From assembly GCA_905178155.1 (NCBI GenBank), contig CAJINV010000003.1, positions 1,793,557 to 1,857,556 of the forward strand: a stretch of 64,000 nt of DNA, written 5' to 3'. Under the pieces are notes generated by a model that saw only the letters and a program-made list of their open reading frames with translations, had not been told where the DNA came from and did no database searches. Origin of the DNA: Amoebophrya sp. A120 (taxonomy: Eukaryota; Protista; Dinoflagellata). A program made the position numbers and the translations under genes. Positions 1-10,505 of the stretch are shown here, one piece after another (the first letter of the stretch is position 1; every line of letters starts with the position of its first letter).

Positions 1-2828
1 TCCTGGTTCACGATCTCCCGTCCAAAGCGAATCCGGGATTCTGGCGCTGTTGCAATCCTCGCGCGCTTTCCGTCGTAATTGACAGCTGACGCTTTTATTT
101 CAGCTTTTGGTTCTTGTGCCTGAGGAGCCTGAGCAGCTCCGCTTTGATTATCGTTTTCGTCTAGTCCTCCTCCCTTGCCAGAAGTTGAAGTGCGCTCCTT
201 GTACTGTGCCTGGCTCTCGCGCAGCGAAAAAAGAACGTGAAACCGCCCCTGCTGCAGACCCGGAAAGAATGCTTGCAACATTTGTCGCCAGAGGTCGCCG
301 TCTCGCGGCCCCGAGGCAGTGATGGAACCAGTTCCGGGAAAATGAACTCTTCCGTCGAAACAGGAATGTAAACGGTGGAGGTCGTGCGCTTGGTGTAACT
401 TTTCCACCACAGGATAAAGTGGCTGGCTCCTTCCTTCTTGATGTTCGGATGTGCGGGCGGTGGCATAATTATCGCTTTGGTCACGCTGATGTTCATTGGC
501 GTCTTCTGTATCCTCCTCTGGTTGAGGAGGGCGAACGAAGAGCACGAACTCGCTAGGTAAAGATGCGTTCGCGTGGTTTTCCTTTTCGCCTTTGTCTTCG
601 CGGCCCCCTGGACCAACACTTTCGTCCACGTTCTCCGACAAGTACAGAAGAGACATCCGCATCGGTTTACCCGAAGAGTCGACGTCGGCAACTCGAGCAT
701 GATGGGACTCTTCCTGGAACGTTCGGAGCGCGTCTTGGACACCGGCCTGCGTGTAAACGTCGAAAAACACTTTTTCGAAAAAAGAGTCGTACAACGTATT
801 TGTGCTACGAGACGACCGCGCGGGTTCTCCTGCGTCGCCTTGTTTAATGTCACGGTAGTACACGACGCGCCCCCCGTCGTTCAATATTTTTACCAACCGG
901 CGCGTTTCTAGCGAGATAAAGGTCGAGAAAACCATGCGCAGGATCTTCTGGTTGACCTCGGTCTGCCGCGTCCAGGCACCCGCGGGGTCGGCGAAAACGA
1001 TGCTTTCGAATGATGCTTCCTTCGTGCTGAGATAAAAGACACCGTAGAGCAGCTCCAGTACGTGCCAAATGTTGGTCACCACGTTTCCGGATGGCAGTTC
1101 CAGCGTGCTCGAGAAAATCAACGTGTTCATCTTATTCGCTGCACTTTGTGCTTGATCATGCTCCTCGCTTTTAATACCGGAGGTCTTCGTCTTACTCGTG
1201 TCCCTACTCCGACGTCGGAGAAGTCTCCAGCCGTAGGCGATGTTCTTCCAGGTGAAGTCCCACGTGAAGCCGCGCGGGAAGTCGAAGCCAATGCTTTTCT
1301 CGAGTGCGTGCACCGTCCGAGGATTCGCGCGAGTATCCCAAGTCGGCGTAGACCGCCAGGGCGCTAGCAAAAGCTGCCCGAAATAGTTCATGCTCTTATT
1401 TTTGTTCTTTCCTCGCCCAGCTGCAGCAGACGTGGTCTTTGTAGCATCGAAAGCTGCGTCGGCATGGTGTCTCTCGTCAGAATCTTCAGCATACATGAGC
1501 ATGCGATTGCTGTGCGTGAGGCACATGCCGTCGTGGACGCACGATTGCCTTCCCAAGGAGGATATTTCGCAGTTCGGGGAGACCCGGGCCTGTTCGAAGA
1601 CAGGAGCAGCAGCCTTCTGTAGCGGTTGGGCTTTATTTGTTTCAGATGAAGCCAAAGGTGATGTCGTCGTACCATCCTGCCGTATTGCTTCTTCAGCTGC
1701 ACTGTGATTCAATGTAGACGAAAACGAATCCACGCCTTGTTCCTCTTCCTCAACCGCTTGTACTTGATCGAAATGCCAGCGAGGCGTTCTCGTGCTAGAC
1801 TTTTTGGCCGCAAAGTTCCCCGAGTTGTTGCCCTCCGCACTATAATCGCTCACCGATGTACTTGTTGTTGTTGTTAGGCCGTACAAGTCGAAGCGGTCGG
1901 TTTGTGTTTTCGGGAGTCCGCAGCAGAAATCCAGGTGAATATCGGGGCGCACCCAGAGCGCGTTGGGGTAGTGGATGGCATACCACCGCTCGACCCCGGC
2001 CCAGTTTCGACTCGCGTCTTTCGCAAAGCCTCCAAAGGCAGCCAGGTCTCCGTCTTCATGCGCGACGCACGTGATGTGATCGTTCAGCTGCGTGGAACAA
2101 AACTCCGTCTGTTGATACAGCAGCATGTTGCGGAACTTCTGGTTTTCCTCGACGAGCCCGCGCATCTGCGCAAAGGCAAAGCACTGCTCAATCGCCGGAG
2201 ATTCGATTCGCGCCGCGTGCGTCAGCCAGTCTTCGGGAGGAATCGTTCGCGAAGAGGAGGAGCGAGCGGTGGTAGTTCCCGCGTCGCTCTCCACTTCGTC
2301 TGGCGTTCTTGTTGACTTCCCATTTGCGCCGCTTTCGTCTGCCGAGTCTGGCGAGCCAAAAATCTCCTTGCTGAGTGCCGTGGCCGCCTTGACTGAGGTG
2401 TCAAAGAAGGCGCCACGCTGCGGATAGGGGGCAAGTAGATTTGGTTGTTCCGCAAGGCGCACGTCAAGCTCCTCGGCCAAAAGCTTCTCGCACACTGCAC
2501 GGTAAAACACAGGCGTGTCCCGGGGGCGGCGTGCCCAAGCGGAAGCCACTGCGCCAAGGGACACGTCAGATTCTTGCCAGGACGGTAGACGGTACTCCTC
2601 GGCGACCTCATTCTTTGGTGATGCATGCCTTTTTCTAGTGGGTGCAGGTGCAGCACTTGCAACGGTAGAGTCGCGGGCAGAACACCAAGACACCAGGTCG
2701 CTCGAAAACAAAAAGCAACAGGCAAAATGAAAAGAAAAGCTTCTCCTCGTTCGCCCAATGAGCTGTTGATAAAAGAAACGCAGGGACGAGACTAACTCTA
2801 GATATGAGGCTTTCACATGCGCTACCAT
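1..2828 (-). CDS. Long ORF (>940 aa) truncated at window edge; possible GT61/DUF563-like glycosyltransferase
   Basis: Hand translation from ATG at 2828 (MVAHVKASYLELVSSLRFFY...) stays open to position 1, so the ORF track misses it. N-terminal hydrophobic stretch (FSFHFACCFLFSS), GNVVTNIWHVLELLYG and, at the edge, RFGREIVNQ resemble GT61 N-x-W-H and R-x-I-x-N motifs. Family call is tentative. Confidence 0.55.
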   Translation of the reverse strand, partial: MVAHVKASYLELVSSLRFFYQQLIGRTRRSFSFHFACCFLFSSDLVSWCSARDSTVASAAPAPTRKRHASPKNEVAEEYRLPSWQESDVSLGAVASAWARRPRDTPVFYRAVCEKLLAEELDVRLAEQPNLLAPYPQRGAFFDTSVKAATALSKEIFGSPDSADESGANGKSTRTPDEVESDAGTTTARSSSSRTIPPEDWLTHAARIESPAIEQCFAFAQMRGLVEENQKFRNMLLYQQTEFCSTQLNDHITCVAHEDGDLAAFGGFAKDASRNWAGVERWYAIHYPNALWVRPDIHLDFCCGLPKTQTDRFDLYGLTTTTSTSVSDYSAEGNNSGNFAAKKSSTRTPRWHFDQVQAVEEEEQGVDSFSSTLNHSAAEEAIRQDGTTTSPLASSETNKAQPLQKAAAPVFEQARVSPNCEISSLGRQSCVHDGMCLTHSNRMLMYAEDSDERHHADAAFDATKTTSAAAGRGKNKNKSMNYFGQLLLAPWRSTPTWDTRANPRTVHALEKSIGFDFPRGFTWDFTWKNIAYGWRLLRRRSRDTSKTKTSGIKSEEHDQAQSAANKMNTLIFSSTLELPSGNVVTNIWHVLELLYGVFYLSTKEASFESIVFADPAGAWTRQTEVNQKILRMVFSTFISLETRRLVKILNDGGRVVYYRDIKQGDAGEPARSSRSTNTLYDSFFEKVFFDVYTQAGVQDALRTFQEESHHARVADVDSSGKPMRMSLLYLSENVDESVGPGGREDKGEKENHANASLPSEFVLFVRPPQPEEDTEDANEHQRDQSDNYATARTSEHQEGRSQPLYPVVEKLHQAHDLHRLHSCFDGRVHFPGTGSITASGPRDGDLWRQMLQAFFPGLQQGRFHVLFSLRESQAQYKERTSTSGKGGGLDENDNQSGAAQAPQAQEPKAEIKASAVNYDGKRARIATAPESRIRFGREIVNQ

Positions 2829-3190
2829 CTTCGATAATCTTCAGTGACTCTGCAACATCAGCTTTTCTCAGATCTTGCGATACAGTGTCAAACAGACACG
2901 ACACACGTTTGTCTCACGTTGGAAACAAATGATGATCACATCTTGATTTTTCATTATGATCTTGAGGCGCATCCATTTCCGAACGCGGAAATGTCATCGA
3001 CTAGAGCTAACTTATACCGCGGTCGTTTGATCAAGTACGAAGAACACATAAAAAGGGTGAATCGAAGCTCTCCACTGAGCGAGTGACGACATAGAACTTT
3101 TCCACCTTTGAGTACCACTGACAACTTTTAGCATCCTGGCCAGAGCCAGAGGACGGACAGAAACCTCGGTCGCACGCAGCTTCTTGACCC

Positions 3191-5842
3191 TTAACCAAGA
3201 CTGCGTAGATGGTCTTTGACAAGATCTCTTGCGGTCCGTGCCTCGTCAAGCTCGACAGCGGCACGACAGACGCTTTCTGCCCAAAAATGCAGGTGGCTCA
3301 AAGCCGTGCCTTTTTCTTGGACCACCTCCGCTTCGTCTTCTACGGCAGCGTGGCAGGAGCTCAGAAAAGACAGCAGGTCTTTGGCGCTCATCAATTGAGC
3401 GACGTTTACGGATTCCAACATGCGCAAAAAGGTCGGACTCTTCATCAGGTTCACGTCGAAAACCGCGCTCGCGGGTTGCTGCAGCGCGTTGCTGTTCACT
3501 GCGAAGAACGCAGCTTTCGCACAGTGTAACGTTTCCAAAATCGTTGTTGGCACGTCCGACCACTCGGGTGGGGTGATCTTTCGGATGCGCTGCAAACCAC
3601 CGCCATGTGCGTCACGGACCAGCTGTTCCGCCTTTCGTTCGCGTTTCTTGGCTGCCTCCAGCTGCTGCTCGAGCATCTTTTGTTCGCTTTGTCTCTTCAC
3701 AAACAGGGCGGCCTCTTGCTCCTGCCGAGCAGCTGCGCCAGGTTCTTCTTGGAGAGCAGGAGGAGAGCAGACCTCGTTGATATCAAACGAGCCTGGAGGA
3801 CGATCATCATGATTCTGAGTATCTCCATCACGACGGGCTGTAGTGTCTGACGTTGACGCCTGCCGCCTAGACGGCTTCGGTGTGGGCTTTAAATGCTCCG
3901 GCATGACACGCCATCCTACCGTAAGTTCCTCCACGTGCTGAAATCCTCCCGCTCCTGTGTTGTCGTACTTCCTAACTGGTGGTGGCACCATTTTCTTCTG
4001 AAAGATATTACCGCTGGGACCCTCCTGCTTATCCTTTTCCTTGCCATTTGTGCCATCTGTAGAAGTGCTGCCAGATGGGGGCTTCGGCTTGGGTTTCGCG
4101 GGAGCGTGGGTGCACCCGCACAATGTGCAGTACGAACCGGGCAACGCCCAAATCACAGTAGGCGCTTCACTCACCTCTTCTTCTTTTGCCCCAGCTGCAT
4201 CGAGCTTCTCCTCAAAGGCCGACTTCGTCACACTGGGAATTGTAGTAGCTCCAGCCTCCCGTAACGCTGTGGGGCTAATTGCGCGCACTTGTTTCTCCAG
4301 CAAGTGGTGCGCAATGCCGCTTGTGACCGTCGCGTTTTTGTTCTTTTCCGCGATCATGCGTGGAGGCATTGTGTTCTTTCTGCTGATTTTCGCGATCAGC
4401 TTTTTCGCGGTCGCAGTGGCCGCTTTCCGCACCCGCGACTCCGCTTCCGCGCCGCCGACGACCCACGCCTCTGCACACTTGCGCTCCAGAAACCCGATGG
4501 GTTGTTGATCCAAAAGTTTCAGCCGCGGGAACGCGGCGACAAATCTTCGGCGGTACTGCCGAAAGGATTCTTTCATCTCGTTGTTGGAAAGATCCAGAGA
4601 CTCCAGCGTTGCCTTACCAGACAGCGCGGTTTCCAACTCCTCCAGCGTCCCTTTCTGCAGCAAATTGCTCGACAAATCGACGGCCTTCAGGCCATCCGGG
4701 AGGCCGACATTCAGTGCCTCCACCACGGTTGGCCCCAGACGATTCTCCTTCACGATTAACACTTGCAGCCGCTGCAACTTGCACGGGACCTTCTTCTTTG
4801 TGACAATGCGCTCCGGGGGAGCGGACGATGGTCTGTTGTCGTAGGTAACGCCTGTTGCAGGAGCAGGAGTACTTCTACCGTTATCACCTCCGGCGGTCTC
4901 GTCCGTCTCTCCGGCGATGACGGTCCGCTCGGCCCAGAGATTTTCCAGCAGGTTTCTTGACAGGTCGATGGCTTGTAAATTTCCTAAATTAGTGTTGTCG
5001 AAGAGGCCCGAGACCGAGGCGATGCGGTTTTCTCGCAGAGACAGACACAGCAAACTGGAAAAGGCCCGACTGGCATTCAACCCGCCATGAGAAAACCCTT
5101 CCAGCTTCTGCAGGCGGTTGAAATCCAAGACCAACAGGCGGGACTGGATTCGTTGCACATGCTCCGCCAGGACGAAGCCGTCCACGTCTGGCCCGAAGCC
5201 AGCACCCTGCAGGAACAGACTCGGCTCGGCTAAGTGCAGCACTTGTTGTCCGAACTCATCATTTTCGCCAGCGCTCGGCAGTTGCTGCGATTCGCCAACA
5301 TCGGCAGCAGGCAGTCCTCCCTGTAGTTCGCCTCTTTTGCAGGTCACGTCCTTCACAACAGTGTACTCTTGCAAGTTCTCGAGATCGATGCTGCCGCCAG
5401 GTAGAAGCTGCTGATGCTGTTGCGGCACCGCCCCCGACGTCGCAATGACATCTGGGACCTTCCGATGCAAATTGTCAAGCGCTTTGTAGTTTGCGGCAAA
5501 GTTCACTCCCGCCGTTTGCACTTTCCCCATGATCAGATCGTTCTGTCGCTGGGCGATCGCCTTGTCCTCCAAAAAGGTGGTCTTGTTGTGCCGCTCGTAC
5601 TCGATCACAGCCTCGTTCGTCATGGGGACATCCACCTTCGATGGCGACCAGTGCGTCGCGTTTGTCGCATTCGTGTTGAGAAAATCGATCTGGGTCTGAA
5701 TGGACTTCAGAAAGAACTCTCGTTTCGCCTTCTTCGCGACTTCATCGGGATCAACATTTTGGTCGTACCGGGCGGCGCTTCGCATCCACGCGACCGTAAA
5801 AATCCCGCAGTCGGATTCGAACCCAACGGCCTGGCTACTCAT
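3191..5842 (-). CDS. Leucine-rich repeat protein, DNAAF1/LRRC50/ODA7-like (axonemal dynein assembly factor)
   Basis: SDS22-type LRRs (LSLRENRI, IDLSRNLL, LIVKENRL, VDLSSNLL, LDLSNNEM), then LRRcap YRRRFVAAFPRLKLLDQQPI and ERKCAEAWVVGGAEAE, which is typical of DNAAF1. Intronless, 883 aa. Confidence 0.75.
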   Translation of the reverse strand: MSSQAVGFESDCGIFTVAWMRSAARYDQNVDPDEVAKKAKREFFLKSIQTQIDFLNTNATNATHWSPSKVDVPMTNEAVIEYERHNKTTFLEDKAIAQRQNDLIMGKVQTAGVNFAANYKALDNLHRKVPDVIATSGAVPQQHQQLLPGGSIDLENLQEYTVVKDVTCKRGELQGGLPAADVGESQQLPSAGENDEFGQQVLHLAEPSLFLQGAGFGPDVDGFVLAEHVQRIQSRLLVLDFNRLQKLEGFSHGGLNASRAFSSLLCLSLRENRIASVSGLFDNTNLGNLQAIDLSRNLLENLWAERTVIAGETDETAGGDNGRSTPAPATGVTYDNRPSSAPPERIVTKKKVPCKLQRLQVLIVKENRLGPTVVEALNVGLPDGLKAVDLSSNLLQKGTLEELETALSGKATLESLDLSNNEMKESFRQYRRRFVAAFPRLKLLDQQPIGFLERKCAEAWVVGGAEAESRVRKAATATAKKLIAKISRKNTMPPRMIAEKNKNATVTSGIAHHLLEKQVRAISPTALREAGATTIPSVTKSAFEEKLDAAGAKEEEVSEAPTVIWALPGSYCTLCGCTHAPAKPKPKPPSGSTSTDGTNGKEKDKQEGPSGNIFQKKMVPPPVRKYDNTGAGGFQHVEELTVGWRVMPEHLKPTPKPSRRQASTSDTTARRDGDTQNHDDRPPGSFDINEVCSPPALQEEPGAAARQEQEAALFVKRQSEQKMLEQQLEAAKKRERKAEQLVRDAHGGGLQRIRKITPPEWSDVPTTILETLHCAKAAFFAVNSNALQQPASAVFDVNLMKSPTFLRMLESVNVAQLMSAKDLLSFLSSCHAAVEDEAEVVQEKGTALSHLHFWAESVCRAAVELDEARTARDLVKDHLRSLG

Positions 5843-6686
5843 ATCGGAGGAGAATGAACGTGGTCAAGGTCACAGGGCGGATTTATGGCAGAAATGCTAC
5901 GCAGCTTGCTGCCAACGACGTCTCTGCGCCGCAACTTCAAACGCTAACACCCCGACGAACATGATGATCTTCACAACATTTATCGGGTCAGATATTCGAA
6001 AAATATTAAAACTTTTTTACTTAATTTGCTTGCAAGCATATGAATTTGTGCCGATACAACAACTGATACAGCTGCAATTATGAAGCAATAAAGTCAGGGA
6101 TGAAGATGGAGAAGATTTTGGGGTATTGTAGCAACTATGGAGGACAAATCGTGGCGGATAGTGACGAAGTTAGTACTTTCTAAACCGACACAGGGGGCGT
6201 GGAAGAGTGCTTTTTTCATTCTGCTTTGAAATTGATGCATGAGCATGACTATAGCGAACGAGCTAGTTACCCGAAGCCGGGCCGGGCCCCAAAATTACAT
6301 TGACATGCACGCTTGAAAATTTGGTGGTTTTGAAATACGTACCGAGGCGGTGCACCGATGTCATCGACGTGCATAGAAATCAAACAGCGACTCAGCCCTT
6401 TCACGATGAAGTGGAGTTGAAATTGCCGGCGTTGGCTTTCTTTTTGATAAATAAGCACGGAAACTACAGCTGTCTTTGAGATCTCTACAACTCGCGATCA
6501 CAGACCGATTTGAGGAAGGTGACCAGGACCACTCCGGTTTCCATAACAGAGTCACAGACACAGTCATCATGACAGATACAGAAAACATCACGTGTCGGCA
6601 TCGTATCGATTCCGACAAAGGTTCAGGTAGACCTGCTTAGCTTGCATTGGATCGACGACCACGGTGATATATCCTGTCATTGCTTG

Positions 6687-9600
6687 TTACATCTGGAGCG
6701 TAATCTGATTCAATTCGTGAAAGTCGTCCATGCTTTCCAAATGCTCGGTGCTGGGCTCAAGTCCTAGCTCCTCTAAAAGGAATTTCAGGAACAACAACGT
6801 GTCAGAGAACACTCTCTCCGTCGCCAAGTGCTCAAACGGGGTGGTCTGTCGCGTCACCAGCACTAGCTTACCGTCGTAGGAAGCGGACGGCGGCGGAAGA
6901 CTGTCCAGGGGGTCTGGGTAGTTATCGTACCCCTCCTCTCCGTCGACGTCTTCTTCTTCCACAAAAACCGTATCTGGTCCCCAAACGCCTTCAGGGATGT
7001 CGTGTGGTGTAGTTGCATCTTGTGTCTGCTGGTGCGCGTGCGGAGCTACTGCCGCGGTCTCACCACCATTTGCAATCGCTACAGCTGCGCCATCCCTTGC
7101 TCCTTCTATCGCGATGTCATCGGGCGGAGGTTGCCGAGTGGTCATGTCGTCCCACCCTATTCCCGTTGCTGGAGGAGTTGTATCGGGTCCGGGTGGGCCG
7201 GAAACTACCACATACTTCCCGTCCGGAGAGGAATTTTGGTGCGCGCCCTCACGGAATAAGCGATCATTGCGGGCAACCAAATCCTGTGGCAGTGCTGACG
7301 GCGGCGGCTGCAGAAACGAGATCGCACCATCGGCCGTGTTTCTGTCCGGTAGAAAATTAGCATTAGCTGCTCCATTAGGTAGAGCAGTGTGCGGAAACGG
7401 CTGACCGCGTCTTGCCCCGGCAGCGCTGCGCCCGCGCCTTTGTCTTTGACGGTCAAGGTCGTCCTGTATCCTCTGTCGAATAGCCGCCATAGTACTGTCA
7501 AGCGGAAATTGTTGGTCTTGCGCTCTGAAACTCCCTCCGGAAGGAGGCTGAACGTGTGCAAATGCACTCGGCATTCCTTGCTCTGGTTCTTGCGACATTG
7601 TGATAGCAACATGTTGATGCTGGCCCCCTGCAGCTCTACCCCTGTCTACTACTTCCTGCTGATCGCTAGCACAGCTCTCTTGGCTGCTCGGATCGAGATC
7701 GCGGTCCGGCCTCGGGGTCTGCCCCTGCTCCAACCCCATAGCTTGCTTGCTCTCCCATAGCCGGTAGGCTCTGACCCGCCGGCAGCAACACCGGAGACAC
7801 ATGCACGAGTTTCTGTCGGAAAGCAGACTGCCGGGGGCCTGCAGTGGGTAGTTCTCCAAATCGTCATCGATCCCATTCACGTGGTCCCACACCAGGCGCT
7901 GTGCAATCCAAGCGACGTACTCCGCGGTGGGGTAGTCGGTCAAATCTGTGCTTAACGTGACACACAGGTCCGCAAATTCGCACACGTCCCACAGAACTGG
8001 CTCCTGCGGCCACACCGGCAAGCCGTGCACTTCTACGAACGTCTTATCGATGGCCCCGGCGAAAAACTGCAGCTCTTTTGAGCAGAACAGGCAGTATTGC
8101 TCGACCGCTCGTGGGTGGGGGCCGAATTGCTGGTCGCGCAAGGCAAACCGGTTTTCGGCAATTTGGGCCTGAATGCGCTGGTTTAGGCGCGCGTTCAGGT
8201 GCTCGGAGACGGTGCAGTAGTCGCAAGGCTGGCAGGTTCGGGCGCCTGCATCGGCGTCCTTCGAACTATAGCTGTGAAGATGCTTCGAAGAGGCAGAGGG
8301 AACAGAAAGCGGTAAAAACAGGTTGTCGCCACTCGTCTGCCAATGCAGCTCGTGGTTTTCCGGGATCGTGAGGTCAACTCTGTTCCCTCCTGGTATCAGC
8401 CTCAATTTCTCCAAAAGCGTTACCGATTTCGAGTTTGATGTGCTCGTCATACTTGCCAAGCGAAGCCGTTGGGTCTCGACACACTCGGGCGCCGCGAAGC
8501 GTCCACCCGCAATGATCTGCGCCAGTGGCGAACGCCGCCAAACCCGTGAAACCATATCGCGCAGCCCATGACTCCCCCCAGTGGAATTGTTGGGTGCAGC
8601 AACAGGAGACTGGACGTGGCCAGAAGCGCGTGTTTCAGGTGCTTGAGGAGGAGAAAAGAGCAGACCGCGATCGTCTGGTCGTGCAGCCGGAACTTCTGAA
8701 AGTTCCCCGCCACTGTCCGTGTTTTGTCGACCGGTCGTCGTGGGCCCCGTTGCTGTCGTGGCGGGCGGTGCGGGAACTCCGTCGACGCTGTAGGGATTTA
8801 CTACATTGGTGCCGCCCATTGCTGGAAGAGGTTGTCCGCCGAGTGTGGCGGGGGGGTCTACTTGGGCGGCCTGGTAGCGCCGCGTCATGCGGACTTGGCG
8901 ACATTGCATGTACTTTTCGCACTCGTCGTTGGGGCAAAACTCGAAGAAGTTGTTTTCGTTTCCGTGTAACTCCAGCACGTGGTTCTTACACCCCGATAAC
9001 GCCTCGATGGTGCTCCGCAGGGTCCCCGTCGTTTCGGTTGTGACGACGAGGCGGCAGTAGCCCGCCTTACCCAGCTTGTAGATCATTCGGGCGACTTTTT
9101 CCAGCAGAATTTTCTCGAGGTCGCGCATTGTCGGCGCCGGATTCTGCTGTCGCAGGTCGTCGCTCTTCTCAGCACTGAGCCCAACATCGAGCTGCGGTAG
9201 TACTACCTGTGGTCTATCATGGTCCAACATAGCAGCGGTACTTCTGTAAGCCGACTGGTCGTCTGGTGTCGACCGGGAGCCACTCTGCGTGCTGGTGGCA
9301 CGACCAGTAGCCGAGGATGAGAATGCCGAGGAACTTCCTGTGGCACAATTGTTCGACGAGGCGCCTGAACCGGAAATAACCCCCTCCGAGGAGTGTGAAT
9401 GGGTCCGACTCCGCAGGAGCGACCCCGCAACCGCTTCTCTTTTCGCGCGGAAGGCCGCAATTTCGGACTGAAAGTCGTTGCCGACGAAAAGGATGGGAAA
9501 GGATGACTCTTGAAAGTAGCCTGCGGTTGCCCGCGCCTTTTCGCGAAGAACGGCGGTTGCCTCTTGATCGTGCGTGATGGCAAGTTTCGGCTCCAACATA

Positions 9601-9731
9601 CCATCGTACATATCGCGCTGTCGGCTCGCCGGAAGGACGTCCCAATCAAATGCGCTGGCACTAGTTGGCGCACGACCGCCTGTGGCGGGCAGCCGATGTC
9701 CCTGCAACGCTACTGAAGAACCAGCACCCAT
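6687..9731 (-). CDS. Highly divergent class IV sirtuin-like protein (SIRT6/7-like) with large insertions
   Basis: Sirtuin motifs in order: PILFVGND (GAG position), PAPTMRD, RLVVTTETTG (SQNVDG position), VLELHGN..FEFCPNDEC, ADLCVTLSTDLTDYP (GTSL position), GKLVLVTRQTTPFEHLA..LLEELGLE. Confidence 0.6.
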   Translation of the reverse strand: MGAGSSVALQGHRLPATGGRAPTSASAFDWDVLPASRQRDMYDGMLEPKLAITHDQEATAVLREKARATAGYFQESSFPILFVGNDFQSEIAAFRAKREAVAGSLLRSRTHSHSSEGVISGSGASSNNCATGSSSAFSSSATGRATSTQSGSRSTPDDQSAYRSTAAMLDHDRPQVVLPQLDVGLSAEKSDDLRQQNPAPTMRDLEKILLEKVARMIYKLGKAGYCRLVVTTETTGTLRSTIEALSGCKNHVLELHGNENNFFEFCPNDECEKYMQCRQVRMTRRYQAAQVDPPATLGGQPLPAMGGTNVVNPYSVDGVPAPPATTATGPTTTGRQNTDSGGELSEVPAARPDDRGLLFSPPQAPETRASGHVQSPVAAPNNSTGGSHGLRDMVSRVWRRSPLAQIIAGGRFAAPECVETQRLRLASMTSTSNSKSVTLLEKLRLIPGGNRVDLTIPENHELHWQTSGDNLFLPLSVPSASSKHLHSYSSKDADAGARTCQPCDYCTVSEHLNARLNQRIQAQIAENRFALRDQQFGPHPRAVEQYCLFCSKELQFFAGAIDKTFVEVHGLPVWPQEPVLWDVCEFADLCVTLSTDLTDYPTAEYVAWIAQRLVWDHVNGIDDDLENYPLQAPGSLLSDRNSCMCLRCCCRRVRAYRLWESKQAMGLEQGQTPRPDRDLDPSSQESCASDQQEVVDRGRAAGGQHQHVAITMSQEPEQGMPSAFAHVQPPSGGSFRAQDQQFPLDSTMAAIRQRIQDDLDRQRQRRGRSAAGARRGQPFPHTALPNGAANANFLPDRNTADGAISFLQPPPSALPQDLVARNDRLFREGAHQNSSPDGKYVVVSGPPGPDTTPPATGIGWDDMTTRQPPPDDIAIEGARDGAAVAIANGGETAAVAPHAHQQTQDATTPHDIPEGVWGPDTVFVEEEDVDGEEGYDNYPDPLDSLPPPSASYDGKLVLVTRQTTPFEHLATERVFSDTLLFLKFLLEELGLEPSTEHLESMDDFHELNQITLQM

Positions 9732-10505
9732 CTTTAGATCGGTGGTTGGCTCAGCGCTCTTTCAATGCAACTATGAAGCGAGGACGAGGAGATGATAAAA
9801 ATAAATCAAGCCCTGCTCCTCCCTTGTGTCCCTAGCCCGAATAAAAACGGTACATGAAAAAAAATGTGCTGGTGACTAATATCCAATGAAATACACTTCT
9901 TCCTCTGCGTCCTTTCTAGCGTGTCACTACGATCGGGACGAATAGAATACGAGTAGACGATGAATGCAGCAAGAAGATACAGGTAGTTCTAGTTATAGCA
10001 CAGAATAAAAATAAGTAAACGACGTGTTGAGCATCATACGGGGTCCCTGGTAGCACGATGTGGAGCAATCTGAGCGACGGTTGACGACACCATCCGCGTT
10101 AGCACGAGAGGCATCTTCAAGTTCGGCTTGACGTCCGTCTCTTTTTTCCACGAAGACTAGATGACTAAGTAGCGACTGGTGCAAGGACAGAATCAGTATA
10201 GTAAACCGAAACTGATATTTTTACCGAACTACAGACACTGCGCATACTTATTTTATTTTAATCTTAACCGACTTAATCCTCGTGGTCGTAGATCTTGAAA
10301 TAATCCGAACACGCACTATTCAGAGGTAGAAGTCGTACGTTTTTTGTGATCAATGACACACAGCTGTGCAAAGTACTTGCTGCAAGCCTGATCCGTGGAC
10401 GCATATGCTTTGATGCTATTTGTTTTGCCATGGATACATGCAGTTGCAGCGTGCTTCGTATACATGTTGATAGTCGTAATACTAATACGCGAGAGGTTTA
10501 GAGGA

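Noticed and set aside
161-853. 230-aa minus-strand ORF
   Set aside because: It is an alternative frame inside the longer open frame 2828 to <1.
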